In this document: piece after piece, positions 9,522 through 19,094 of the stretch
Position numbering within the stretch: position 1 is the first letter of the stretch
Layout: every line of letters begins with the position of its first letter
Source: Candidatus Magasanikiibacteriota bacterium
GTDB lineage: Bacteria; Patescibacteriota; Patescibacteriia; Magasanikbacterales; UBA922
Assembly (NCBI GenBank): GCA_041665025.1
Contig: JBAYJP010000001.1
Span: forward strand, 211,996-275,995
Length of the DNA stretch: 64,000 nucleotides
Direction: 5' to 3'
Notes under the pieces: model-generated
What the model saw: only the letters and a program-made list of their open reading frames with translations
Databases searched by the model: none
Told to the model about the DNA's origin: nothing
Translations under genes and position numbers: made by a program

Positions 9522-10430
9522 TTATATGATCAAAAATAACCCAATACCTACAAGAACAATTGCACTTACTTCTAAAAAGATTTCACGACGAGTAAAATAT
9601 TCTTTAAATATTCCCGGTTTAAATTTCGTTAAGAGATACACCATGACAAACATAAGTGCATACTGCAGGCCGGACAATGCATTGACAACAGTAACACTTC
9701 CTATAGACATAGCAAATTGCAACACAATCACTTGCACAACAGACAACACTTTATTGAAAATAATAATACCCACCACATGACGTCTCGCGTACTGATGAGA
9801 CTCTTGTTTTTTCTTTTTATGGAATGATTTCCATACCGCAGGAAAACATAAGGTAATCAAACCTACTACTCCAATAAACGCACGGGACCAAATAAAACCT
9901 GTCCAAAATGGATATACGCCATATAAATACTTAGCACTCACATGCGATATCGCAAAACACAGCCCTGAAATAAATGCCCACACAAAACCTATATGAAATC
10001 CGTTATGGGAACGCGATTTTTCAAATGAAAGCAAAAGCGATGCCACAATAAGCACCGCGATTCCAACAACCTGTAAGCCCTGTAAAGACTCATTCAAAAA
10101 TAGAGAGGCACACGCGTATGTCGCAATAGTAACTACAGCTCCATTAAATGGATTTATATGAGATGCCTCCCCTTTTCCAAGCGCAATATATACCGTCCAT
10201 AATCCAAGTCCAAAAGCTATGCCGGATACAGCAGTCCAAATCCAATCGTGGCCTATTGGATGGTCAAACCCTATGATAGGCAACGCGGCAAGCGCGACGA
10301 ACATAAAAATTGTGGAGTAAAACGTATACACCACAGGCTTACTCACTGATTTGCTCACAATAATTTTATCCAAAATAAAATTAATTGAAAGCAAGAAATA
10401 ACCCAGCATTGCAATAAAAAACCACAGCAT
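9522..10430 (-). CDS. EamA/DMT-superfamily transporter (10 TM)
   Basis: Two 5-TM halves, consistent with the DMT fold. Confidence 0.5.
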   Translation of the reverse strand: MLWFFIAMLGYFLLSINFILDKIIVSKSVSKPVVYTFYSTIFMFVALAALPIIGFDHPIGHDWIWTAVSGIAFGLGLWTVYIALGKGEASHINPFNGAVVTIATYACASLFLNESLQGLQVVGIAVLIVASLLLSFEKSRSHNGFHIGFVWAFISGLCFAISHVSAKYLYGVYPFWTGFIWSRAFIGVVGLITLCFPAVWKSFHKKKKQESHQYARRHVVGIIIFNKVLSVVQVIVLQFAMSIGSVTVVNALSGLQYALMFVMVYLLTKFKPGIFKEYFTRREIFLEVSAIVLVGIGLFLII

Positions 10431-10444
10431 AGTAAAAGTTTCAA

Positions 10445-10498
10445 GTTATAAAGTTTCGAGTTATAAAGTTTCGATACAGTCAATCATGACTTTATAAC
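10445..10498. repeat. tandem 15-mer GTTATAAAGTTTCGA x2 plus an inverted partial copy; a third copy at 24667-24681
   Basis: Direct reading of the intergenic region between the GT and EamA genes. Confidence 0.7.
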
Positions 10499-11931
10499 TA
10501 TAACAAATGAACATCTTCTATTTCGCTTCTCTTTCCTCTCAACACAACCTCTTCGATATGATAGGCGCCATTGCGCGGAGCATTCAGAAATCCATTCATA
10601 GCAGCCTGCGCCAACCAGCCTGACTCAAGCCAGTCAAACAGCCATTCAGACGTATATCGCGGGTCTTCTTGAGGGACGCCCGCACCAATAGACATGAGCC
10701 ACTGTTTATTGAAATCTTCTTGCGAGCCAACCGTAGGAGCAATAATAATAGGCAGGCCCAAACCAGCATAAAACGATAACTCACTTGGTTTGGTCCACAA
10801 AACGTCAGTCTCATTGAGCACAGCATTAAATTTTTTGAAATACTCCTCTTTTGATTCAGCGTATACAATGGAAATATGTTTGTGATCCTTTAGTGAAAAA
10901 TTATTTTTATGTAACTCGTCTTCATAAAAACGATACACATCGTTACGCGTCCCAGCAACTAGACATAATTTCACTCTTCCTTTTACAATATGTTCACGCA
11001 AACTCTGCGCAATAATAATACCAAGCTCGCGCTGTGCTCCAGCACCGCCGACTGCAAATGTGATGGTAATCGGATGACGCACTTTGCATCTTTTGGCACA
11101 AAATTCTGAACTCAAAAATTCCGAGATGGTATGCGCATATTTACGGCGGTAACGTCCGTCTGGATCGAGATGGGTTATGCGCTCACCCAAAGACTTTTTC
11201 AAAATTGAAAGTGAAGATCCACCAATATTTTCTTTTGGCAAAGGAAATCCCGTAACAAAAATATTTTCTTTCCTGACTCCATACAACTGCAGACGCTCTT
11301 TCACACGCCTATTGGGGACCAAATAATTGATTCTTGTTTTCTTGGGATCAAAGGGCGCCCATGCACGGCTGATGTCTGTATCTGTACAAATACAATAAAT
11401 AGGGCCTTTGTACCCATGTTCTTCTGCAAAAAAGGCAGGGGTAAAAAATGTACTGATGAAAGGCAACGGATTGTGATTCAAAAGTTGGATAAGATGTTTT
11501 CCCCATCCAGACCTAATCATCCGATATATTTGTTTTACTTGAATAGTAGGGCCAGATAAATCGCGTGCGGGATAAAAAGGTTCAATACGCTGGACATAGT
11601 CCATAATGCCAAACGCCGCAGTACCAATAAGCGGAATATGTTTCATCCGAGAAACTGTTTCATAGAGTTTGCGCCCCCCCTCCCACATTCGTTGATCTTT
11701 TGCAGGAATTCCGCCATATTTGTTTGCGTTAATCACTCCGCTTCCATTGGTAGAAACTCCTTCTATTGAAGCGGCAATATCATGCAAAGGGTATGCCGCG
11801 CGCTGATGGCCATAGCCCATATCAACCGTAACGACATATGCATTTTTAAATTTTTCTTGGAAAGCCATAGAAGAAACAAAATATCTCGAAAAAATAAAAT
11901 ATCTTAAATTCAATTGCCTACAGTATACCAC
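10498..11931 (-). CDS. GT-B glycosyltransferase, MGDG-synthase/UgtP/MurG-like (GT28-like)
   Basis: N-terminal VVTVDMGYGHQRAAYPL resembles the G-G-G-H-x-x-A-A loop of GT28/MGD synthases. C-terminal half shows the GT-B nucleotide-binding pattern. Confidence 0.4.
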   Translation of the reverse strand: MVYCRQLNLRYFIFSRYFVSSMAFQEKFKNAYVVTVDMGYGHQRAAYPLHDIAASIEGVSTNGSGVINANKYGGIPAKDQRMWEGGRKLYETVSRMKHIPLIGTAAFGIMDYVQRIEPFYPARDLSGPTIQVKQIYRMIRSGWGKHLIQLLNHNPLPFISTFFTPAFFAEEHGYKGPIYCICTDTDISRAWAPFDPKKTRINYLVPNRRVKERLQLYGVRKENIFVTGFPLPKENIGGSSLSILKKSLGERITHLDPDGRYRRKYAHTISEFLSSEFCAKRCKVRHPITITFAVGGAGAQRELGIIIAQSLREHIVKGRVKLCLVAGTRNDVYRFYEDELHKNNFSLKDHKHISIVYAESKEEYFKKFNAVLNETDVLWTKPSELSFYAGLGLPIIIAPTVGSQEDFNKQWLMSIGAGVPQEDPRYTSEWLFDWLESGWLAQAAMNGFLNAPRNGAYHIEEVVLRGKRSEIEDVHLL

Positions 11932-12055
11932 ATAGCAGCAAAAATTCTAAGCTCTAAACTCGAAACAAATTTAAATGTTTAAATTAAAAAAAATTGAAAA
12001 TTGAATTTTGTAGTTTGATATTATTTAGAATTTTGTACTTTAAGTTTAGTATTTA

Positions 12056-14422
12056 CTATATTTCAATATTGTCCGGCGGCATAAACTTCGCTGGCTGAGT
12101 ATTCATATGCGCCAGTAGTGGTATATCTTCAAGAGACAATTTTCCTGTGTATAAAATTTTCATGCCTTCCTGAAGACTTTCCGAAAGATATTCCCTCACT
12201 TTTGTATATCCGCGAAAATATATGAGATCGCGCGTAGACGCACCCGCCCTGCTCGTGTCAGATATACCACGTTTAGCACGCACACACGTAGTCCAGGCGC
12301 TCTCGTCATCAAGCACATATTCTTTTTTCATATAATTGAACAATTCCACAAACGACATAGTCTGTGCATGGTATGCGGCAATAATACGTATACCAACGCG
12401 CTGCTCTTTTTCGCCCAATGGCAAACCGAGATGGCGCTGGTTATACACTGCCAACCCTTCTTCTGTCTCGAGATAGTGCGCCGTACCCTGTTCAAAAATT
12501 TGAAATGACTGTAATTTACCATTTTCAAGGCGATAAATATGTGTGCATATCTCATGCATAATTGCCGCAGACAAACGATTTTCAGACATTTTTACTTGCG
12601 AACGGACAAAAATAGTTCCATATTTATTCACTGCTATGTCAGCCGCCTGCGTTGAAGAAGTGACGACGCGCCATGAATTCAAATTATGCGTATCCAAAAA
12701 TGTACGCAAACGTTTTAAAATAGCGCGCGTCCCAAGCACTTTACTGGTATCCTCCGTAAGAGGATGTTCATCAATAAATGCTTTGGCTTGATTATACAAG
12801 TCTTCCGAAACATTACCATACAATTTTTCTGACGCATGAGGAAAATCCTCAGTCCCCACTTCGTCGATAAACTCAAGTTTAGTAATCATTTCTTCAATCT
12901 TTCTTACAAACAAGGGCATAAGTGCGTGATCAATGTCACGAGGCAAGGCGTCTATTTCACGCAGCATTTTTTCTAAATCAAATGATGGCCTACGATACAC
13001 AAACTTAGGAGACGCAATGGGACGCTGCAAAAATTGTTCTTTTGCTTCTACAAAATTAAGAGGTTTTATATACGCGAGCACATTAAGTTCCTTATCGATT
13101 TCGCACAATTTCTTGTCAATATTTTTCACAATCTTCTCATTCACCTCTCTGCGTTTAGCCTGCGTAGCAATGTGACTTTCCTCACTCGACTTGCTTTGTG
13201 CTGACTGAGGGTCAATAAGAAACCCATACAAAGCCTTCCCACCAATAATTGCCTGATATGTACCCTCGATATCTTGCATTTTAAAAGGAAACCTCACACG
13301 TTCTCCGCGAATAAGTACGTCGGCAAATCGCTCGGAGGGATCGAGATAGGTAAGGGATGAATCAAATACAACCTTCTCTCCATGTGGATCAATCTTTGCG
13401 CGTATGTGAGTATACGGCGTATTTAATATTTCAATATCTTCATACAAACCAACCACTTTTCGCGCAGTATCGTCTTTTTCTGTTTTTTCTTTCTCTGATA
13501 TGCTACTAAACAAGGCTTTGCTCACCTCAACGCCTTTTTCAGGATTCGGAATTTTTAAATCTTCAATTTTTTTGAGGCGATGCTTCAGTGGAATCTGATT
13601 TGCAATTTGGATGCCAAGCCCCGCGCGCGCATTTAATTCCAAAACTTTAATTCCATTGGTGGTAAGTGAAAGATCAACAGCTAAAAATTTTATTTGGCTT
13701 GCCTGCTGAGCGCGGGCAGCTGCGAGCAAAATAGTGTCCCATTCTGGCATTTCGATTTCTCTCACTTTTTTTCCATTGGGTAATTTTTGTATAAATCTAT
13801 TATGATAAACCGCGTACGTTGCTTTTCCCGTGACAATATCAATACCCGCACCGATAGCTCCCAAATGCAGATTGGCTTTCCCATGCGATTCAATCGTGGG
13901 TAACCGTAACATGGCGATAATCGGAACAAAATTAAAAACAATAATACGGATATCAGGAAGTCCACTTTCAATAAATGATTTGAAATATTCATGTGGCACA
14001 AGCAATTCCTCTATAATAACCTGGTCAAACAAACCAGAAATTGCATATTTACCATCGATAATAGATACCATATGATGATACAGCTCTGTCCATGTATACT
14101 GAGCTCCATCGACGCCAAAAAAATCATTGCCTTTATGCTGTGAAATAACAATAATCCCCTCTCCGCCATAACCGCGGTTTGGCTTAATAACAAATTTTTC
14201 TGGCAATGACTTCGGATTAAGGGTCTTCAAATCATTGTGACGTTTTAAGACTGCGTACACTTTTGCCACGCCAAAACCGCGTACCATGAGGTAATTTTTC
14301 GTAAACATTTTATCATCTGCAAAACGCTTGCTCTCATCTGTATTATAACGGCCGACATACTGCAGATTGCGCGCGTTCATGCCGAGTATGCCGTGGACTT
14401 TTTGAATCAGACCCATATACAA
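12056..14422 (-). CDS. fusion protein: N-terminal ATP-grasp amino-acid ligase (RimK / alpha-L-glutamate-ligase-related) plus C-terminal DUF1704 / QEGLA-motif (MATCAP-like) gluzincin domain
   Basis: ATP-grasp motifs GILGMNARNLQYVGRYN, KFVIKPNRGYGGEGIIVI and LELNARAGLG. C-terminal HExxH (AAIMHEICTHIY) followed by ETEEGLAVYNQ, the QEGLA motif. Confidence 0.6.
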   Translation of the reverse strand: MYMGLIQKVHGILGMNARNLQYVGRYNTDESKRFADDKMFTKNYLMVRGFGVAKVYAVLKRHNDLKTLNPKSLPEKFVIKPNRGYGGEGIIVISQHKGNDFFGVDGAQYTWTELYHHMVSIIDGKYAISGLFDQVIIEELLVPHEYFKSFIESGLPDIRIIVFNFVPIIAMLRLPTIESHGKANLHLGAIGAGIDIVTGKATYAVYHNRFIQKLPNGKKVREIEMPEWDTILLAAARAQQASQIKFLAVDLSLTTNGIKVLELNARAGLGIQIANQIPLKHRLKKIEDLKIPNPEKGVEVSKALFSSISEKEKTEKDDTARKVVGLYEDIEILNTPYTHIRAKIDPHGEKVVFDSSLTYLDPSERFADVLIRGERVRFPFKMQDIEGTYQAIIGGKALYGFLIDPQSAQSKSSEESHIATQAKRREVNEKIVKNIDKKLCEIDKELNVLAYIKPLNFVEAKEQFLQRPIASPKFVYRRPSFDLEKMLREIDALPRDIDHALMPLFVRKIEEMITKLEFIDEVGTEDFPHASEKLYGNVSEDLYNQAKAFIDEHPLTEDTSKVLGTRAILKRLRTFLDTHNLNSWRVVTSSTQAADIAVNKYGTIFVRSQVKMSENRLSAAIMHEICTHIYRLENGKLQSFQIFEQGTAHYLETEEGLAVYNQRHLGLPLGEKEQRVGIRIIAAYHAQTMSFVELFNYMKKEYVLDDESAWTTCVRAKRGISDTSRAGASTRDLIYFRGYTKVREYLSESLQEGMKILYTGKLSLEDIPLLAHMNTQPAKFMPPDNIEI

Positions 14423-14577
14423 TTGTCTACTTTATAACGCATTAAAACTCTAAATACGAAAAACTAAACTCGAAACAAATACAAAATTTAAATAACCAAA
14501 TTACAATTTTAAATTTTAAGAATTTAATATTTGAATTTATTTAGAATTTCGAGATTCGAGAATAGATTTTATATCAA

Positions 14578-16107
14578 CTACTCTTCTTTATGATCAGACA
14601 ATAAACTTCTAAATCGTATGTATTCACTGATGCGCAGGCCGCTAAATTTTCCAAGTAAAATAATAAGGACAAGCGGAACCAAAATAAATTCCGGCCAAGA
14701 AATGATCAAGCTATTGAACGAAGACCAATGAATCATATAATACGATACAATCACAACGCCCAATGTTTCAATAACGCCAAATATGGCCGCACGCAAACCC
14801 TCTTCGGACTTGGTTGCAGTAAATTTTTCAGACAATGTCGACATAACAAGCAAAGGAAATACCGCCACTGACAATGGAAGCGTTGTACCGATCCACATCA
14901 TAATCACCATGAGAATCAAAAAAGACAAACTAATAAATGACAAATTTAGGGCAACCTTGGTAAGATACAGAAGTTCAATTTTTCCAAATATAAATTTCAC
15001 AATATAACTTGTAACAACTGCAAAAATAAACGCGAGAATACCAAATTTGAGGCCCAAAATATAAAAAGTCAAACTAATGATGACCGGGGTGAAAACTCCA
15101 AATGTATTGACACCTACCACATGGCGCGCGAACACAACAACAAACGCGAGAAATGGAACAGTGAGAATTAAATAAATACTGTCTGCAGATATTCCGCGCT
15201 TGATAAACGAAGTAACCAATGTAGACAGTACATACCACTTCGGCTTTCCAGAATCACTATCAATGCGAAGAAATTCAATCCCCCGTTCCTGGAGCTGGGT
15301 TTCTACAGCAGAAATATCAATCGTACTTGCTAATACCCCCAATGCTTCTGGCCGTGTGAGCAATAGATGCCGGGGACGCACGATCTCAAACGTCTGATAC
15401 GCGCCTTGCTTGGCAACATACATATTATTCTCAGAAATAAACACAAATTGTTTATTCTTTAAAATAATTTTTTGCTCATCAGGAACTCCCTGCCAGTACC
15501 GTGTAAATGCCTGCAATCCGCGCAAGGAACTTGTGTAAAACACAAGCGTCTCTGCATCTTGAATTTTTTTTATCTCGGTATCAAACAACTTAAGAAATTC
15601 TTCTTCCGCCACATAGTCACCCTGGGTCTCTGCAGGAACTACGATATCAAATGCAATACCATATTCCTCAGCTTGGCTGTCTAATTCTTTGAGCCGCTGT
15701 GCCGTAGACGAATCTCCAATGAAAATCACGCGTCCATTATATACGAGCACGCTTTTACTGCTCATTCTAATTTCTCCCGTAGCACTATCTGTTGCAGTAA
15801 GTGTAACATCGTACACGTCTGCCTTTACATATTGATGCACTACTTCTGTCCCAACTTCAAAAAATCCGTCTCCGAAATCCCAACGAAACGTAACCGTAGA
15901 TGTGGGAGAAATAGTGGATTTAGAAGCATCAAATATAATCTTTTTATCAACACGGACTGAGTCGTCCGAGACAATAACCGGCGTGAGTGAAAATTCAGCT
16001 AAAACGGAATCTTCTGCTGTCTGGGCATGAGTTATATTTCCCAAACTAACGCCTATGGTTAATAAGAAAAAAAACAAAATATAACCAATATATCGAGATG
16101 TGTTCAT
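14578..16107 (-). CDS. 7TM membrane protein with signal peptide and extracellular PKD domain; 7TM partner of the ATP-grasp/zincin system
   Basis: Signal peptide, PKD motif VTFRWDFGDG, then 7 predicted TM helices in the C-terminal 200 aa. Lies immediately upstream of the ATP-grasp gene on the same strand. Confidence 0.5.
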   Translation of the reverse strand: MNTSRYIGYILFFFLLTIGVSLGNITHAQTAEDSVLAEFSLTPVIVSDDSVRVDKKIIFDASKSTISPTSTVTFRWDFGDGFFEVGTEVVHQYVKADVYDVTLTATDSATGEIRMSSKSVLVYNGRVIFIGDSSTAQRLKELDSQAEEYGIAFDIVVPAETQGDYVAEEEFLKLFDTEIKKIQDAETLVFYTSSLRGLQAFTRYWQGVPDEQKIILKNKQFVFISENNMYVAKQGAYQTFEIVRPRHLLLTRPEALGVLASTIDISAVETQLQERGIEFLRIDSDSGKPKWYVLSTLVTSFIKRGISADSIYLILTVPFLAFVVVFARHVVGVNTFGVFTPVIISLTFYILGLKFGILAFIFAVVTSYIVKFIFGKIELLYLTKVALNLSFISLSFLILMVIMMWIGTTLPLSVAVFPLLVMSTLSEKFTATKSEEGLRAAIFGVIETLGVVIVSYYMIHWSSFNSLIISWPEFILVPLVLIILLGKFSGLRISEYIRFRSLLSDHKEE

Positions 16108-16170
16108 ACGCTTAACAATGTTAAAATATAGTTGTGTATATAGTATAGCAGATTTGGCTCATATAAAAAA

Positions 16171-16196
16171 TCCAGCGTCGCTTTGCTATGCTGGAT
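16171..16196 (-). terminator. intrinsic terminator after tRNA-Trp
   Basis: On the minus strand: uccagcauagcaaagcgacgcugga hairpin followed by uuuuuu (plus-strand A-run at 16165-16170). Confidence 0.5.
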
Positions 16197-16256
16197 AAAC
16201 TACGAAACCCTATTTTGAATTTTACCGCTTGCCAGGCGTAACGAAGTGAGGACTAG

Positions 16257-16327
16257 CAGGCGCTGTAGGAATCGAACCTACACTAACGGTTTTGGAGACC
16301 GTAGTACTACCATTATACGAAGCGCCC
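16257..16327 (-). tRNA. tRNA-Trp (anticodon CCA), no encoded CCA tail
   Basis: Manual cloverleaf: acceptor GGGCGCU/AGCGCCU, D-arm GUAU/GUAC, anticodon stem ACGGU/ACCGU with loop CUCCAAA, T-arm GUAGG-UUCGAUU-CCUAC, discriminator G. Confidence 0.9.
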
Positions 16328-16425
16328 ATGCTTTGAAAGCCAAAAAAGTATACTAAATAATTAACTAAAAATCAAGTAATATATCTTACCTCATTTTTAT
16401 CAAAGATAATAGCGTAATAACGTAT

Positions 16426-17244
16426 TTACACTGATTTAGGCGGTACTTTTTGGATAACATCTGTATCCTTTTTCCAAAAAACTGCAGTAATCATTACCCC
16501 AAGAAGCAAAACAGTAAACAAATATCGAATTTGTACATCAAAAGCTGATAATACTGCCACAATAATACTTGGCCCTGTGAGTGCAAAAAGCCCTAAGGTA
16601 TATATACTCCCAAATTTCCATTCATCCCATTTCCCAAAATAAGCAACTAATAATACAATTACAGATACTACCAACAAATAAACTAATTTTCCAATACCAA
16701 GAATAAAGAACCACGCCACCAAAGCCAGAACAAAAATTCCAGTCTTGTTCATGAGTGTTCCATCTATCCAGGAAATGACACTCTGCTTACCTATTTCAAA
16801 ATTCGGCATTTCAGAAAAATACTGAACTTTTGTCTGATGTTGTTCTCTGTCATAAAACTCCAGCCTATTTGAAGCAAACAACACGCCATCTTGAGTAGAT
16901 GTATCAATGTATGCGTCAATCGGCTCAGTGGTGGATGAAACAGTATCTACGATTATTTTGACAGATTTTTCCTCGGACTCAAATATGTATGGCTGTTCTA
17001 GTTGTGTTACATTGGCTACTCCATCTTTTACTTGTACATGAAATGCGGGGATATTGTTTACAATTTCATTGCGTACGTCAGATACTCGACGTGGTATGAT
17101 TATGGCAGAATAAATCGCGTAGCCTACAGACAAAAGTAAAATAAACAAGATGACATAATTGGCAGCCTGGCGGCCGTTGTTGCGCTGTGCACGCAACCAT
17201 GAAAAGTCATAGAGACTTTTTAGAAACGCTTTGAGGTAAAACAT
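16426..17244 (-). CDS. hypothetical membrane protein (possibly DUF1189-like)
   Basis: N-terminal TM, a soluble middle region and C-terminal TM helices; no catalytic motif recognised. Confidence 0.35.
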   Translation of the reverse strand: MFYLKAFLKSLYDFSWLRAQRNNGRQAANYVILFILLLSVGYAIYSAIIIPRRVSDVRNEIVNNIPAFHVQVKDGVANVTQLEQPYIFESEEKSVKIIVDTVSSTTEPIDAYIDTSTQDGVLFASNRLEFYDREQHQTKVQYFSEMPNFEIGKQSVISWIDGTLMNKTGIFVLALVAWFFILGIGKLVYLLVVSVIVLLVAYFGKWDEWKFGSIYTLGLFALTGPSIIVAVLSAFDVQIRYLFTVLLLGVMITAVFWKKDTDVIQKVPPKSV

Positions 17245-17262
17245 ATATTACACGTAAAAAAT

Positions 17263-17286
17263 AAAACGGTCAGAACTGACCGTTTT
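17263..17286 (-). terminator. bidirectional intrinsic terminator downstream of rpmG
   Basis: aaaacggtcag-aa-ctgaccgtttt. Confidence 0.5.
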
Positions 17287-17294
17287 AGTATATC

Positions 17295-17465
17295 TTACTT
17301 CGTTTCCTTGTGCAATGTATGTTTCTTACAGTATTTGCAGTACTTTTCAAGCTCAAGCCTATCTTTGATAGTTTTCTTATTTTTGCGAGAAAAATAATTG
17401 ATGTGCTTGCACACGGTACATTCAAGCTTAATCATGTTTTTTCGCTCTTCTGATTTTGAGGCCAT
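17295..17465 (-). CDS. rpmG: 50S ribosomal protein L33
   Basis: Not in the ORF track (56 aa). Translation [56 protein letters not shown] shows the L33 C4 zinc-ribbon pattern. Confidence 0.85.
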   Translation of the reverse strand: MASKSEERKNMIKLECTVCKHINYFSRKNKKTIKDRLELEKYCKYCKKHTLHKETK

Positions 17466-17556
17466 ATCATTAAGTTAATATAGAAAGTTTACCCGTCTAT
17501 TTATAGAATAGGGTGACGTAATAATACACAAAAGACATCGAAATGTCAATACCCAG

Positions 17557-17629
17557 AGCCGTTGCGCGGAATTGAACCGCGGACCACCTCCTTACCATGG
17601 AGGTGCTCTACCAACTGAGCTACAACGGC
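17557..17629 (-). tRNA. tRNA-Thr (anticodon GGU)
   Basis: Cloverleaf GCCGUUG-UA-GCUC-AGUUGGUA-GAGC-A-CCUCC-AUGGUAA-GGAGG-UGGUC-CGCGG-UUCAAUU-CCGCG-CAACGGC-U. Confidence 0.9.
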
Positions 17630-17747
17630 CTAAATTCCTGTGCGTGCCAAGATGACGCGACCATTGCAGCAGATAATCAGCCGCGTAAAGTCGCTGACGA
17701 TCCTACGCGTCACTCAAAGACGCTTCGTGTAGTCGCGTCTTTTCGCG

Positions 17748-17821
17748 TGCACGCCAAGGGATTCGAACCCCTGACCCTCTCGGTGTAAACGAGATGCTCT
17801 AACCAACTGAGCTAGGCGTGC
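17748..17821 (-). tRNA. tRNA-Val (anticodon UAC)
   Basis: Cloverleaf GCACGCC-UA-GCUC-AGUUGGUUA-GAGC-A-UCUCG-UUUACAC-CGAGA-GGGUC-AGGGG-UUCGAAU-CCCUU-GGCGUGC-A. Confidence 0.9.
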
Positions 17822-17825
17822 GTAG

Positions 17826-17907
17826 TGGGCAGAGAAGGATTCGAACCTTCGAAGGCGGAGCCAACAGATTTACAGTCTGTCCCCTTTGACCGCTCGGGAA
17901 TCTGCCC
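17826..17907 (-). tRNA. tRNA-Tyr (anticodon GUA), long variable arm
   Basis: Acceptor GGGCAGA/UCUGCCC, anticodon stem ACAGA/UCUGU with loop CUGUAAA, 13-nt variable arm, T-arm GAAGG-UUCGAAU-CCUUC. Only 4 nt separate it from tRNA-Val. Confidence 0.9.
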
Positions 17908-18005
17908 GTGATAGTTTGTAAAGTTAAAAGTTATAAAGTAAAAAGTTACTAGAGTAAAAAACTAAAACTTTATAACTTGGAACTTTACAACTTTTAACTT
18001 TGGAG

Positions 18006-18078
18006 AGCCGAGAACAGGATTCGAACCCGCGACCCGCTGTTTACAAAACAGCTGCTCTACCAGCTGAGCTATCTCGGC
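18006..18078 (-). tRNA. tRNA-Thr (anticodon UGU)
   Basis: Cloverleaf GCCGAGA-UA-GCUC-AGCUGGUA-GAGC-A-GCUGU-UUUGUAA-ACAGC-GGGUC-GCGGG-UUCGAAU-CCUGU-UCUCGGC-U. The downstream bases are CUCCA, so CCA is not directly encoded. Confidence 0.9.
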
Positions 18079-18187
18079 ACGTCTTCGCTTCGCTACGCCG
18101 TGCAAGCACTTTTACTAAAGGGCATAACTTGGCAAACTTAGATACCTGCCTACCGGCAGGCAGGCTTATTAAACTTAGTCAACTTTG

Positions 18188-19090
18188 CTACTTTAATTCA
18201 TCAATTCGTTGTCTAAAGAGTTGTAACTTTTGATTTTCTGGATTAATCATGCGAAGCTGCTGATAACCATCTTCTGCCAAATCTTTGCGCCCCAATAGTA
18301 TACTGACTTCTACGAAATTGTCAAGGTATTTAGGATTTTGGCCTTCGAGAATCAAAGCCTGTTGTATTGCCTCTAGAGCCGTCTCATATTCTTTTAGTCC
18401 AAACAGCAAATCAAACAGCTTGACAAAGCGTACGGGATTGTTTGGGTTAATCATCACAGCCTCTTGATAATACTCAACTGCTTCTTCTATCTTATTTTCT
18501 TCTTCCGCAATAAGACCGAGCTTCAAATATATTTCTTCATCATTTGGATCAATTTTCAAAACAAATTGATACGTCTCTTTTGCTTCTTTCTTTTGGCCTT
18601 GTTGCAGATATACTGTTGCCAATCCTTTGTACACTGCCTTATTTTTTGGATCCACCTGAAGCGCGGCCAAAAACTCTTTTTCAGCAGTAATCAAATCTCC
18701 TTGTTCAGCATCTTTTTGGGCTGAAGCAAGCAAATCATGCAAATCTTCTTTCTGCTTATCTTTTTGTTCTGGAGTTAAAACTTTTTTAGCTAAAGCGGAT
18801 CCTTCCATAGCTGCTTTTCTCTCCACAGACCCCACAAACCGCCTAAATATAGATTGTATCTTTACAAACAACACAGTTAGGTAAGACAAACGTTTTTTCC
18901 ATTTACCATATACTTCCGCGCTTTCTTTGGCTGCCCTTTTTCTCATAAAATCACTTTTCTTTTTTTTCAATTTTTGAACTGGAAGTGTTTCAACATCAAG
19001 TAGCAATAATTGTGAATAGTGGCGTGCAACAATAATGCCCATTACGACAAGAGAACACCCAATAAGTGAAAGAGGCAAGACCACAGTCAT
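18188..19090 (-). CDS. membrane-anchored tetratricopeptide-repeat protein
   Basis: N-terminal TM helix, lysine-rich linker and several TPR-like repeats (AL..DP.N..AY..LA.VY). Confidence 0.6.
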   Translation of the reverse strand: MTVVLPLSLIGCSLVVMGIIVARHYSQLLLLDVETLPVQKLKKKKSDFMRKRAAKESAEVYGKWKKRLSYLTVLFVKIQSIFRRFVGSVERKAAMEGSALAKKVLTPEQKDKQKEDLHDLLASAQKDAEQGDLITAEKEFLAALQVDPKNKAVYKGLATVYLQQGQKKEAKETYQFVLKIDPNDEEIYLKLGLIAEEENKIEEAVEYYQEAVMINPNNPVRFVKLFDLLFGLKEYETALEAIQQALILEGQNPKYLDNFVEVSILLGRKDLAEDGYQQLRMINPENQKLQLFRQRIDELK

Positions 19091-19094
19091 ATAA

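Noticed and set aside
17597-17788. Predicted plus-strand ORFs (17597..17788 and 18000..18233) overlapping the tRNA cluster
   Set aside because: They are translated through tRNA genes on the opposite strand and have no SD; this is GC-rich RNA-gene sequence, not coding.
18001-18005. Encoded CCA tail for tRNA-Thr(UGU)
   Set aside because: The bases after the discriminator are CUCCA, not CCA directly, so the match is probably coincidental.
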